Source: Lama guanicoe (taxonomy: Eukaryota). From it: 64,000 bases of DNA. Where the stretch lies: NCBI GenBank assembly GCA_013239625.1, contig MU057202.1, positions 1,302,001-1,366,000 of the forward strand. Reading direction: 5' to 3'. This document shows, in pieces, positions 38,301 to 50,181 of this stretch (position 1 is the stretch's first letter; each line of letters starts with the position of its first letter). The notes under the pieces were generated by a model, which had not been told where the DNA came from, made no database searches, and saw only the letters and a list, made by a program, of their open reading frames with translations. A program made the position numbers and the translations under genes.

Positions 38301-39948
38301 GTTGCCGCTCATTAAAAATTCCAATCAGCGGCCTGTCTCCTTCAATTAATGATCGCTGCCGTGTCTCCTGGAGGACCGAGGAGGGCGGGGTAGTGGCCCG
38401 GCCCTGGCTTGTTTGGTAAATATGCCTGACGGATGGGCCCTGCCTGCTCTGCGGCGTCACCCCTGCTGACGTGGAGGACGGGTCACGGGGGTGGGTGCAG
38501 TCCATCCCTTGTTGCCCACGAGGGGAGTTAGGTCAGCTGGGGGGCTCTGCTGCCCCGTCTCCTGACTCCAACAGAGGGAGACCATGGGCAGAGCTGGGGC
38601 TGCGGGGGTTGGAGGAACCAGGGGAGGACGTCCTCTCGGGGACGGGCTCTTGTCGCTGCCTTGTGTGTGGTGGTCGTTCCTGGGTACGTGCCGATTCAGT
38701 GAGGAGGCAGAGGCGTGTTGGCCCCCCTTGTTCTCAGGGTGTTGGCGTTCCGGGCCGTGGTGGAAACACCGCAGGTTTAGGTGGACAGGCCTGGGTTCGT
38801 GTCCTGCTTTGCTGCTGGCAGGAGTGGCCAGACCTGACCCCGGGCGGGGGGTGCCGTGCAATCAGCCCCAGGAAGGGCCAGGCTCCGGAGCTCTCGGGCT
38901 CAGGGCCACCAGGGCCGGCAGCATCCTCGCCGAGGCTGTGCAGGGCTCTCGTGGTGATGGAGCCCTGGCTGCAGCCAACGCTCTGCGCCTTACCTTGCGG
39001 CTCTTGTTAAGCCACGTGAATAACCAGAGTGACGGGACCTTTCGACGGTCGTGGAGCTACACGCCCTTGCGGATGGGCATGTAGAACGTTCCTCTGTGTG
39101 GCCAGGGGTGACGGGGGCCGACTTTTTCCCGTTCCTGCCTTGAGCAAGCCCCTTCTGGTTCCCCGGGGTCTGCCTCGCCGGCCAGGCCCCAGGCCTCACT
39201 CTCTGTCCGGGAGTCTGGGGTGGGCGGGTGGTGGGGGCACAGCCCCTAGCACCCCCAAGACAAGTCTGGCCAGTTGAAGCCCCACAGCTGCCTGCTCTGG
39301 CTGGTGCCAGGGCCACCCAGGGTTTGGTGGCAGGGTAGGCCGGCATGTTCAGCCTGGGGACAGCGCCAGCTTCTTGGCCACATCTCCATGGGCATTGGGG
39401 GCGAGGTATCTGTGATGCAGGCTGGCAACTGCCAGCACAGCTGATGTCCCGGCCCCTGGGGTGCCTGTGCGCACCTGGTGATCAGCAGGCAGGGCCTCCA
39501 GACGGTTCTGTGTACGCACTGTCGGCAGAGCTCTCTTCCTAGGGTGCTGGGATCTTCAGTTTGGAGCTGGCGTGCCCCTGTGGGAGATCTGCTTGGATGG
39601 GCATGGGTGCGTGTGTGAGGCGGGGTAGGTCCCTGCGTGGCTGTGTCCCTTGTGGGCACTCGGCTTGGGGACCTATGTCCGATCCTGGAGGGTCTATCCT
39701 TGCCCGTTGACTGAGGAGAGCGCAAACCCGTGTCTGCTTTTCTTCCTGTTGTGCCTCCCACGCCCTGCATACCGTGGGCTTGGGCGAGAACCCTGAGAAA
39801 AGGCCATCTCTGGAACGTGCGTTAAAGGAGCACCCCCGCCCCGGGGGTCTGGGGGAAGGCCCAGCCCGTCCTTGCTGGCAGCGGCGCAAGCTGGCCGGCC
39901 GCCTGCCTTCTCGCCCCGCCCTGACCGCTGCTCTCTGCCCTCCAGCAG

Positions 39949-40121
39949 GACGCCAGTTCCCGGGGCAGCAGCGGCGGCCGTGAGCGCCTCATCGTGGAGC
40001 CCCCGCTGCCCCAGGAGAAGGCGGGGGGCCCAGCCATCCCCTCCCACCTGCTCAGCACCCCCTACCCCTTTGGCATCTCCCCCAGCTCGGTGGTACAGGA
40101 CTCCCGCTTCCCACCGCTGAA
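39949..40121 (+). CDS. GSE1: GSE1 exon 4 ([24 protein letters not shown]...SRFPPL)
   Basis: CAGCAG tandem acceptor (alternative start 39946); AA|gtaagt donor; 173 nt, phase 0 to 2. Confidence 0.95.
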
Positions 40122-40550
40122 GTAAGTACAGGTCGGAGGCCCGGCAGTTGGGATGTGCGGGCTGGGGTCTGGGCTCCTGAAGCCGGCAGTGTGAGTCCAC
40201 ACCAGATGAGCCTGAGAGCCGCCAGATGGTGGCTCAGCCCTGGGTCGGAAGCCCCGTCTGCACCCACCGGCCATTTCCCCGCTGAGCTGATGGCTGGCTC
40301 TGCCGCCCACCCAACAACCCTAAACGCCCAGCCTGGGCTCCTGGGCCGGGAGTCCCTCCAGGCTCCAGGTAGGAGGCCTGCGCCCACTGGTGAGGACAGC
40401 AGCTGCCCACCTCTGTGCCCAGGGCCTCCTGCCTGGACCTGTTCCCAGAGACCTGTCTTTGTGAGGGGTGCGGGGAGGTTGGCCTGTTTTCCAGCCTGGA
40501 GCAGGAGCTCCGCTCACCTCCTTTGGTTGCTCCTTCCATCCTGCTTGCAG

Positions 40551-40748
40551 CCTCCAGCGGCCTGTGCACCACGTGGTGCCCCCCAGCACAGTGCCCGAGG
40601 ACTACCTGAGGAGCTTCCGGCCCTACCACACCGCCGAGGACCTCCGCGTGTCCTCCCTGCCTCCCCTCGGCCTGGACCCGGCCGCTGCTGCTGCCTACTA
40701 CCACCCTGGCTACCTGGCCCCGCACCCCTTCCCCCACCCGGCCTTCAG
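40551..40748 (+). CDS. GSE1: GSE1 exon 5 ([12 protein letters not shown]...PHPAF)
   Basis: ttgcag| acceptor; AG|gtgagg donor; 198 nt, phase 2-2. Confidence 0.96.
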
Positions 40749-41277
40749 GTGAGGGGCCCCCAGGCGTCCCCCACCCACCCTCACCCAGACACTGATCGGG
40801 GCCAGCTTCCTGGGGAGGACTGGGGGCTGCTCCTCCCAACCTTCCAGATTAGCTGTTAAAAGTTTGCCCCGGTAGAAAATTCGCATTTGAGCTGCTGGAC
40901 TTTCTCACTTTTGTTTCCACTGGCTCCATTGGTGGCATGTGACTGTCACAGAACAGAGCGCGTAGTTTGTGTGTGACCAGGAAACCCCAGTGGGGATGGA
41001 GCGGTGCCCCAGCTGGGTGGAAGCTTCCCGAGTCCCCCGACAGGTCTGCAGCTACGCTGTGGAGTGTCCTCCACGGAGGCCTCCGCTGGGCCTGGTGCCC
41101 CGAGCTGCTGATACCTGTCGGCTGCTGTGAGGAAGGGGCTCTGGGGCTGGCTGTGGATGCAGCCTCCGTCTGCAGGGCCTTTGTGGAGGTGCCCTGGCCG
41201 GGGCACCTGGTAGAATGGCGGGCCCTGCCTTTTCCCTTTAACGTCGGTGCTCACTGGGCCCCATCTTCTCGGCACAG

Positions 41278-41469
41278 GATGGACGACTCCTACTGCCTGT
41301 CAGCGCTGCGCTCGCCCTTCTACCCCATCCCCACGCCCGGCTCCCTGCCCCCGCTGCACCCCTCGGCTGTGCACCTCCACCTCTCCGGGATCCGCTACCC
41401 ACCCGAGCTCTCCCACTCATCCCTGGCGGCACTGCACTCGGAGCGGATGTCCAGCCTAGGCACGGAGCG
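41278..41469 (+). CDS. GSE1: GSE1 exon 6 (MDDSYCLSALRSPF...SSLGTE)
   Basis: cacag| acceptor; CG|gtaagc donor; 192 nt, phase 2-2. Confidence 0.96.
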
Positions 41470-41928
41470 GTAAGCCGCGTCCCCCACTGGGTGATCTCTG
41501 CTCCTCCAGCCCTGGCTGTCAGAGCAGGAAGAAGCCCAGGCCAGGCTGGCCAGCCCAGCCGCCCTGGCCTCAGTCTGCCCATCTACAAAAGGGACGGTGA
41601 CAGTGGGTGCTTGGAGCTCCTGGCTGGTGCCTGGTGGGGCTCTGTCCTCAGAGTCTCGGAGTCACCAGCCCCTGGCTGTGAGCTCTTCGTGCTCTAGGGC
41701 GTTTGTACACACCTTTTGATTAAATGGACTTTGGGTTTCTTTACGTAGTAACAGAAGCAGAACCTGGCTTACCTCCCATCAGTATTCGGATGGGAATGCT
41801 GGGTTTTCACGAAAACCTTGGGCTCGGGAGTCAGTCTCTCACTTCTGGGCGCGCTCCCTAAGGGACTGTCCTGGTCCCTGCACACCCTGTGCGCTGGAGG
41901 TCACCGTCCCCCTATGCTCACCCTGCAG

Positions 41929-42239
41929 GCTGCAGATGGATGAGGAGCTGAGGCGGGAGAGGGAGCGCGAGCGGGAGCGGGAGGCTGACCGAGAGCGGGA
42001 GAAGGAGCGTGAGCGGGAGCGGGAGAAGGAGCGCGAGCGGGAGAAGGAGCTGGAGCGCGAGCGGGAGAGGGAGCGGGAGCTGGAGCGCCAACGGGAGCAG
42101 CGGGCCCGCGAGAAGGAGCTGCTGGCCGCCAAGGCGCTGGAGCCAGCCTTCCTGCCCGTGGCCGAGCTGCACGGGCTGCGGAGCCACGCCGCCGAGGAGC
42201 GGGCCAAGCCCCCAGAGCAGCTGGCCCCAACCCGAGCAG
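41929..42239 (+). CDS. GSE1: GSE1 exon 7 ([14 protein letters not shown]... RE/KE repeat ...APTRA)
   Basis: ctgcag| acceptor; G|gtacca donor; 311 nt, phase 2 to 1. Confidence 0.96.
41950..42115 (+). repeat. Coding degenerate (GAGCGG/GAGAAG)n hexamer repeat encoding the RE/KE tract
   Basis: Seen directly in exon 7. Confidence 0.9.
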
Positions 42240-42712
42240 GTACCAGGGGGAGGGCTGCGCCGGGGGCCGCGTGCCATGGCGGCTCCCCGAGGACGGGGCT
42301 CAGCTGCGTAGGCTCCGCCCGTTGGCGTGGTGCGGGCTCACGGCCTGCCGGGGGCTGGGGAGAGAGGCGCGTGATACAGACACAGTAGTGCAGATAACTG
42401 TAAGGACGTGCACCACAGGAAGGTGTAGCAGAAGTCTTAGGAAGGGATAGTTTTGAGTATTCGTTAACTTTTTTTAAAATTATAAATATACAATCTAACT
42501 TTCAACAACATGTTTAACAGTCAGCCTTGGTGCCCCATAGTCCGTTGCTTGGTGGCAGCCTCCAACTGAACAAGGGCCAAGGCCAGTTCCTGAGTGCATC
42601 CATGCCCCTCTGGCTGTAGAGAGAACCCTTTGAAGGGCCCCCGGGGTTGGGGGGCTGAGAGGGAAGGAGCCTGGGGCCAAGATCCTGCTGTGACGGCCCT
42701 TCTTCCCCACAG

Positions 42713-43037
42713 AGAAGCTGAAGGACGCGGGCCTGCCGGCGCCCAAGCCCGTGCAGCACCCACTGCACCCGGCGCCCGCCCCCCACCACGGCTTGCCCGG
42801 CCTCCTCTCCAACCACGGCCTCTTCTCGCTGCCCGGCAGCAGCGCGGCCACGGCCCTGCTGATCCAGCGCACCAACGAGGAGGAGAAGTGGCTGGCGCGG
42901 CAGCGGCGGCTGCGGCAGGAGAAGGAGGACCGGCAGTCGCAGGTGTCCGAGTTTCGGCAGCAGGTGCTGGAGCAGCACCTGGACATGGGCCGGCCGCCAG
43001 CGCCCACGGAGACGGAGCACAGGCCGGAGAGCACCAG
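42713..43037 (+). CDS. GSE1: GSE1 exon 8 ([12 protein letters not shown]...[20 protein letters not shown]...PEST)
   Basis: ttccccacag| acceptor; AG|gtgggg donor; 325 nt, phase 1 to 2. Confidence 0.96.
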
Positions 43038-43198
43038 GTGGGGCCTGGCGAGCGGGGTGGGCCAAGGGTGCGGGAACTCCCTGAGGTTAGCATTTATTGA
43101 GCGCCTACGGTTTGCTTTCTGCTGAATGTTGTCACTTCTTATTTCCTTTTGTCCTCTGACCCCCATCCTGCTCGTGAGGGAGCAGTGCGAGGACGGGA

Positions 43199-43229
43199 GG
43201 CAGTTGCCCGAAGGCAGTTGCCCGAAGGC
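43199..43229. repeat. 14-bp tandem duplication (GGCAGTTGCCCGAA)x2
   Basis: Seen directly in intron 8. Confidence 0.85.
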
Positions 43230-45590
43230 GCCCATCCTCAGGTTGCCATGCCGCCAAGCCTGTGCCCAGAACCGGGATCCTTCCCGTGCAGCTCAGCTGC
43301 GCCCCCACTGGGACACCCATGGTGCCTGCAGAGGGCAAGGGAGGATCTTCAATTACTAATTCCGTTTGTTCTTTCCATCTCTCTCTGCCCAAACTTTTTT
43401 TTTTTTAATGAGAAGGGGCTGCCTTTAATCTTTCTGTAAGCAAAAAATTCTGTTTTCATAATTTGAAAAAAATGCCCATCTCCCGGACCTGTTATGAAAG
43501 CGTTTCCTAGAGGCCTTTGTGCTGGACCCCCAGCTGCCAGCGCTCACCCTGTGAGCTCACGGCTGTGGCCCCGGGCCCCCCAGCCCACCCTCCATCCCTG
43601 CAGAGCTCATTCTAAAGGGCTAACCCTAACCCTCAGGCAGAGTGGGCGGAGAGAGCCCAGCCAGCCCTCAGGAATGCTGGACCCTGCTCCCCTTCTCTGG
43701 GCCTCGTTTTCCTCAGTTGTGCACAAGGAGGTGGGGCGGGAGGCCCTCTGAGCATCTTTCCAGCCCTCAGTGTCCAAAGTGCTGTCTGGGGACAAGAAAC
43801 ACTAGGGTGTCTGGGTCTGAGGTGTTTCAGTGTCCACTTCTTCTGCTCCCTGTCTCTCATTCCTCCAGCTTTTTGCTGACGGGGGGTCTTCTCTCTGTGT
43901 CCTAGGTGCCACTGGCTCACCCAGCAGCCACACGACTGCACCCACGTAGGCCCCAAAGAGATTCCATGGCTAATTGGGTGTGACTGGGAGTGAACTGTGG
44001 CTGGGCTCTGGCTGGGTCTCCGGCAGCCTCTGGCTTGCCCTGCTCAGTATGGCTGCAGACGGTCCCCCTGCTGCTCTGGGCCCACTCCAAGGCCACACAG
44101 GGGCTGGCTTGTCTGCTTGTGAGCTGCCCTCCGCTCCTCCAATCCCTGCGCACTCGAGACCGAGAGCGCAGTCAACATCTCCTGGCATCACACGTCTAGC
44201 ATCTCTGGATAAATCTGGAGTCCAGCTTTGACTCCAGAGGGTGTCTTCCTCTCCGTGGGGCCCCCAAAGTCCCAGCGCAGCTGTCAGGGCCTATGTGCTG
44301 CTGCCCCCAGCAGGGGTGGCCTCTGCCCAGATCCTGGTGGAGCCCTGGGTTGGGGAATAGGGCCCTGGCCCGGGTGGTCCCCATGGCTGCTGGCGGCATG
44401 CTCGGCCCTCCAACAGCATGAACCTGATGCTCTTTCAAGCCGTCATCCTCCAAGCTAGAAAACCATTCTGTGCTTGGCTTCAGAGCATGAAATATTTATT
44501 CTGCTGATGGGTTTCATTCCTTTGCTCTTTACTTAAGGACACACAGGCTCTTGATAAGGGTCTGTCTGCCCATTAGAGGAGCAGCAGCTTTGGGGCTGTC
44601 TCCCAGCTTGAGCTGGAGAGTAACTCGAGGAGCCTTGGTGGCTGTGGTTACCGTCCCCTCCTCGGCCTGGCAGGAAGGGCCCTGAGAGCCTGGGCACGCG
44701 CCCGCCGTGCTCTCGGCACCTTCCGTCCCCTCAGGCCTTGCCCTGGGTCACCTTGGTGGCATGGGGCTTCTCTTTAAAGAAATAGATACTAACTTTGGAA
44801 AAACAACACCCAGATTGTCTTTTGTAAGTTGAATTTTGTTTTAAAGGCACCAAGGAAAGAGTCATTTAGTTTGGCTTCCGGCAAAGCTGATTGTCTGATG
44901 GAGGGTCCCTTCCAGTTCCCTCCCTGCCTGGCTCCCCGGTCAGGCACCCCGCCCGGTCCTTGGAGACCCTTTGGGTGTAGCTGCTGCTTTAGGGGCTTGT
45001 GGAGTTGCTGCAGTTCTGCCGGGGACCACTGGGGGGCAGCAGCAGCCAGGCCTGCCCTGGCTGTCGGGGTCTCCCCAACAGCTGCTCTCTGGCTTCTGTC
45101 CACGTGCAGTGGGGAGAGGAAGTTGTGGCCACACCTTTGGCGCCAGAGCCGTCTTGTGTCCCTTTGGTGGGTCTGCCTGTGGAAAGTAAAGATGAGGCTC
45201 TGTCCTCACAGAGTTGATGGGAAGTTAGGGAGTGGTGGGACAGGATGAGCCACTGCCAGGTCATGAGTGAGAAACAGAACAGAGCGGGGCTGCGCCTTCA
45301 GCAAGCAGAGCCCACCTGGAGTCTCTATCCTCTCGTGAGCGAGCTTGCGTGTACCTGCCTCAGGCTGTCTTCGAGGAGGTGTGGTCCCTTCACTGTGGGG
45401 TAGGGGCCCTGGATAGGGGCCTACAGGAGGCCTTTACTCCCCTCCAGCTCTGGCGGGCTAAGTGAGTTCCCATCTGGGCTGCCATAGAAGTTGTCCCTCG
45501 CTGCCAGGTGCTGGCAGGTAGCCGGGGGGCAGTGGGTGGCTGATGTGACCACCCTCTCAGGACTGATGGCTGGTTCTGTTCTCTCCCTAG

Positions 45591-46204
45591 GCCGGGACCA
45601 AACCGCCATGAGCCGGGAAGCCGAGACCCTCCACAGCACTTTGGCGGGCCCCCACCCCTCATTTCGCCCAAGCCCCAGCACCACTCCGTGCCCACAGCCC
45701 TCTGGAACCCGGTGTCCCTGATGGACAGCACGCTGGACACGAGGCGCGCCCCAGAGGGCCATCCCCTGCACAACCACCCCACCCCATTTGAGCCCAGCCG
45801 CCAGGCGGCCGTCCCACTGGTAAAGGTGGAAAGGATCTACTGCCCGGAAAAGGCAGAGGAGGGGCCCCGGAAGCGCGAGGCCACCCCCCTGGACAAGTAC
45901 CAGCCGCCGCCTCGGGAGGCAGGGAGCCTGGAGCAGCCGGCCTTCCCTCACGGGTCCGCGCCCTTCCTGGCTGAACTCGAGAAGTCCACGCAGACCCTCC
46001 TGGGCCAGCAGCGGGCCTCCCTCGCCCATCCTGCCCCCTTTGGGGAGCTTACCGGGCCCCTAAAGCCAGGCTCGCCCTCCCGGCCCCCAGCTTCTCGGGG
46101 CCCCGACCCCGCCTACATCTACGATGAGCTCCTGCAGCAGCGCCGGAGGCTGGTCAGCAAGCTGGACCTGGAGGAGCGCAGGCGGCGGGAGGCCCAGGAG
46201 AAAG
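45591..46204 (+). CDS. GSE1: GSE1 exon 9 (PGPNRHEPG...LDLEERRRREAQEK)
   Basis: ctctccctag| acceptor; G|gtccgc donor; 614 nt, phase 2 to 1. Confidence 0.95.
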
Positions 46205-47330
46205 GTCCGCTCTCCCCAGGTGGCCCTCGCCCCCAGGACCAGGGGGCAGTGGTTCTCGCCTCTCGGCCTCTCTTCTCCCACTCCTGGCTTCCGCTCTGAG
46301 GTTTAGCAACTCCAGGGAGCAGGTTCCTTGTCTTCTTCGCCTGTCTTGCCATAGTGCAAAGCTGAATCAGCACGCACAGTTACAGACGATGAACCGGGGC
46401 TAGTGAGACAGCCCTAAGTATTAACAGTGCGGCACAGCAAGCAGGAGGCTGTTGAGAGAGCGGGCCCGGGTCCGGCGGGGGCTCCTCACTGGAGCCAGGG
46501 TCACAACTGCAGGCAGGTGGCCCCAGGGCTGGGGCCGGGGTTGGGCGGTCTGGCCACCTCTCCTTCCAGCTCCTGCTGGGGCTGGGATGGCACTTAAACA
46601 CCAGTTCCTCAGGTTCCCCCAGAGAGCCAGAGAACAGGGGAGCAGGCACCCACCTGCACCCCCATCTGCCCGGGAGGGGTCAGGGAGGTTCCAGACTAGT
46701 TTCTTCTGTGGGAAACTCAGGCTCTGCACGGCGCTGGACTCAGAGTCTTGGCCAGGAGCTGGGGCCGGGGCGGGGGTCGAGTGAGTCTTGGGTGGTGGTT
46801 CTGGGCTAGATTTAGGGCCCGAGAGGCTCTCCTCTGTTCACCTCGTGAGGAGGAGCGGGGAGCGTGCTGGTGCCCTCGGGTGCAGAGGTTCTGTTTGGCA
46901 TGTGAGTTAACGTGCATGCTCCGTGCCTTTGAGAGAGCGGGGAGCTGAGGGTGCCTGTGCCCTCCTGAGTTCCGGACCCAGACGGCCACAGCAGACAGCA
47001 GATGTGCACAGACAGCTTTGGGCTGCCTTGGACACGGCCCCGGGCCTGTGTGATGAACGGTCCCCTGCCGAGGGATCAGTGTCAGCCCAGGGACCACCTG
47101 ACCATTTGGGGGCTGTGGATCCAAGGGAAGCCTGGTGCCTGCCTCCTGCCCCCCACTTCCCAGCCTTGAAAAGCCCTCGGACTAGGGGTTAGCGTGCGTT
47201 TCCACCTGGGACGAGAGGAGTCTAGGTTTGGGGATGTTCAGAGGGCCAGTAGGGCCAATGGGTGGGTCTGTACATCCGCCGGAGGATTGAGGCTCCCTGC
47301 CCAGCTGAAGCTGTGTGTCCTTGCCGCCAG

Positions 47331-47443
47331 GGTACTACTACGACCTGGACGACTCCTATGATGAGAGTGACGAAGAAGAGGTCAGGGCCCACCTCCGCTG
47401 TGTGGCTGAGCAGCCGCCCCTCAAACTGGACACATCCTCTGAG
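47331..47443 (+). CDS. GSE1: GSE1 exon 10 ([37 protein letters not shown])
   Basis: gccag| acceptor; GAG|gtatct donor; 113 nt, phase 1 to 0. Confidence 0.96.
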
Positions 47444-47667
47444 GTATCTGGGGTTTCGTGGCCACTGTCGGGCTGTGGGCTGGACGCTGGCACCCACCTC
47501 GGGGCCCGCCTCTTGGCTTTCCCGCCGTCGGGGTCCTCCTCCCTCGAGGCCCGGCACAGAGTGGCCATGGCACATGGGCTTCAAGGACCCCAGGAGGGGC
47601 CCCTGGGTCAGTGGGGGCAGACCACTGCCAGTGGTTTCAAACTCATTTGTTTTCTTTCCCAATCTAG

Positions 47668-47938
47668 AAGCTAGAGTTTTTGCAACTTTTTGGCTTGACC
47701 ACCCAACAGCAGAAGGAGGAATTGCTGACGCAGAAGCGGAGGAAGCGGCGGCGGATGCTGAGGGAAAGGAGCCCGTCGCCCCCGACGGTTCAGAGCAAGC
47801 GGCAGACACCTTCGCCGAGGCTGGCGCTGACCACCCGCTACAGCCCCGACGAGATGAACTGCAGCCCCAACTTCGAAGAGAAGAAGAAGTTCCTGACCAT
47901 CTTCAATCTGACCCACATCAGCTCAGAGAAGAGGAAGG
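47668..47938 (+). CDS. GSE1: GSE1 exon 11 ([11 protein letters not shown]...QKRRKRRR...[16 protein letters not shown])
   Basis: TAGAAG tandem acceptor; G|gtaagg donor; 271 nt, phase 0 to 1. Confidence 0.96.
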
Positions 47939-49388
47939 GTAAGGCCTGCCTGGACCTCGTGGTGGGGGCGGGGCCACCTGGAAGGCCGAGTGCCCCTCGG
48001 GAAGCGGGGGGGGGGGCGGCCCTGGGCTCCCTGGGGAAGCAGCCCCTCTGCTCTGACCTGCCCCACTGTCTCTTCACCATCATGCTCCTCTCCGCCCAAA
48101 ACTCAAGTCGCCCCATTCGAGGCCCATTTTCTCTTTCTCCACCCCGGGTGGAATTGAGGACTCACCAGTGTTCTCTGTAAAGCCGCTGTAAGCTTGATGG
48201 TTGCTCTTGGCCCTTTTCGGCTCTCCCAGTGCCTTCAGCTCCCCTGGGCATGGGGTGGAGATGCGCCTTTCCTCTGCTAGGTGCTCCAGGCTCCTCAGCT
48301 CCAGGCTGCTGATGTGGCCGCTGGGCCGGGTGCTCTGACGCCAGGAGGCGGTAGGTGGTCCGTGGCAGCCAGGCAGAGCCGACACCCACTGTGAGTGGAT
48401 GGCTTCTCCTAAGAGATGCTTCCAGATCAGTCTGGCTACCAAGGGCCGTGCTGGGGCCGGTTCTTAGGCTGGAATCCTTGGTGCAGAAGAAGTGGTGCGT
48501 TCTGCACGCCGTCTGGGGCATCCGCTCTCACTCACTCGGCGCCAGGATGTAGCTCGGGGAGAACTTGGCCTGTGTGGGGCACACACCTCCGAGTCCACCG
48601 CACTGACACCGGGTCAGCTCTTTCTGGAGGGACGTCAGAGGAAAGCAGATGTGCTCATCGGTCATTTAGTTGCTTTCCTTTGTTTTAGGTGGGTGTGGCA
48701 GTTTGGTGTTTGTGTTTAACCAGCGAGCTGGAATTCTTGCTTTGCCTCAAAGGGGCAGTGACACGTTGTTCTCAGTACAGATCCCCAAGAATGTGTGTAG
48801 TTCTATTTGTAAAGAGCATCTTTTTTCCTGACTTAATTGCTGGAAGCCACCAGTGATGTGGCCACTTAAGTTTGTCAGCAAGAGGTACCTGAAGTGCACC
48901 AGGAATTCGTGGCATCGAATGTCACAGGGTCTGGGTCCTTCCCCCAGTGGCAACCGTCGTGGGAATCACACTCGCGTGACGTGAGCGGTGGGGAGGAGAA
49001 TGTGCCTGGAAGCGGCCTGTGCTTCCGGACAGTGGGCTGTGGCTCTTCAGGGCTGTTTCCTGTGTTGGGGACAGCTTTTTCATCTTATAAATAAGAACAC
49101 ATCCTCAAAGGGTACCTCGGAAAATCGTCGATACCTGTTATTTCGCCGTACACGCACGGCTGTTCTTGGAAAACGTCTGAAATGTTACGTAGTAAAAGCC
49201 AAGAAGAATCTAGGCTCACTCTGAAATGAAGCTTCTTCCTTTAAACCCAGCCTGTCCCCCTGGCTTTGTTTCTCCTTTTAAAGGACTTACTGCCTGCCTG
49301 CCAGTCATGGCCTGGGCTAGACTCCTGCCCCCTTCCCTCTCAGAAATGATGCAACCATCTTGTTAATCTCAGGCTGCTTTTCTCATAG

Positions 49389-49502
49389 ACAAAGAGAAAC
49401 TTGTTGAGCTGCTCCAGGCCATGAAGCAGAAGGCACTGTCAGCAGCAGTGGCAGACCCGCTCAGGAACTCTCCGAGGGACAGTCCGGCTGTCTCCCTGAG
49501 CG
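49389..49502 (+). CDS. GSE1: GSE1 exon 12 (KEKLVELLQAMKQK...PAVSLS)
   Basis: ttttctcatag| acceptor; G|gtaagg donor; 114 nt, phase 1-1. Confidence 0.95.
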
Positions 49503-50181
49503 GTAAGGCCAGCCCATCCGCCACCGCCCGGGACTGTCCACTCCAGGTCGTCTTCCTCCTGGAAACAGCGTGCGCTTCTCTCCATCTCTCTCTTAAGCTT
49601 TCTGCGCGTGTGAAGGACCTCCTCGGCCAGAGTCAGGGCTCGGAGAGTTAAGGAGGGGGGTCCCAGCTTCGGCAGAGCCCCGCCCGGTGGGCAGCACGGT
49701 TGTGGACGTTGTCCATCAGTCGGCCCTTGGTTGGCGCTCTCCTCCCGGCGTCTCTGTCTTGCTCATTCCGCCTTCCAGGCCTCTCCGCCACCTGCTGTCA
49801 CTCCTCTCTCTGCTCTGGCTCTGACTCTTGACTCCACCTCGCTGTGCTGCTAATGGAGCAGGAGATGTTGATGCTCCGGCCCTGTCCTCGACCCCTAACG
49901 CAGTCTTTCTTGTCGGGTTGGGCTATGTCACCTTCTGCCTTCTGGATGACCTGAGGCAACTTGCTTCTTCCTGTAGACTCTTCTTCCTAGATGCCTTCCT
50001 GGGGCAGCACCTTTCAAGGATGGACTTGCTGCTGAACACACCACACTGTGCACTAACATTTACTCAAATGGCTCCCAGTTCTTGGTCTTTTGCACTAGGT
50101 CTTTCTTCAGTGTAAGCTCTAGAGTTCAGGGTCTGCCTGTTCACTTGCAGCTCTTAACACATTCCCTGCTTTCTCTAGAAG

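Noticed and set aside
41839-42207. Antisense ORF resembling an SR-protein RS domain ([11 protein letters not shown]...)
   Set aside because: It is the automatic reverse complement of the RE-coding GAGCGG repeat in exon 7; there is no independent gene evidence.
43199-43229. Short direct repeat as a CRISPR-like or regulatory array
   Set aside because: Only two adjacent copies with no spacer; ordinary slippage duplication.
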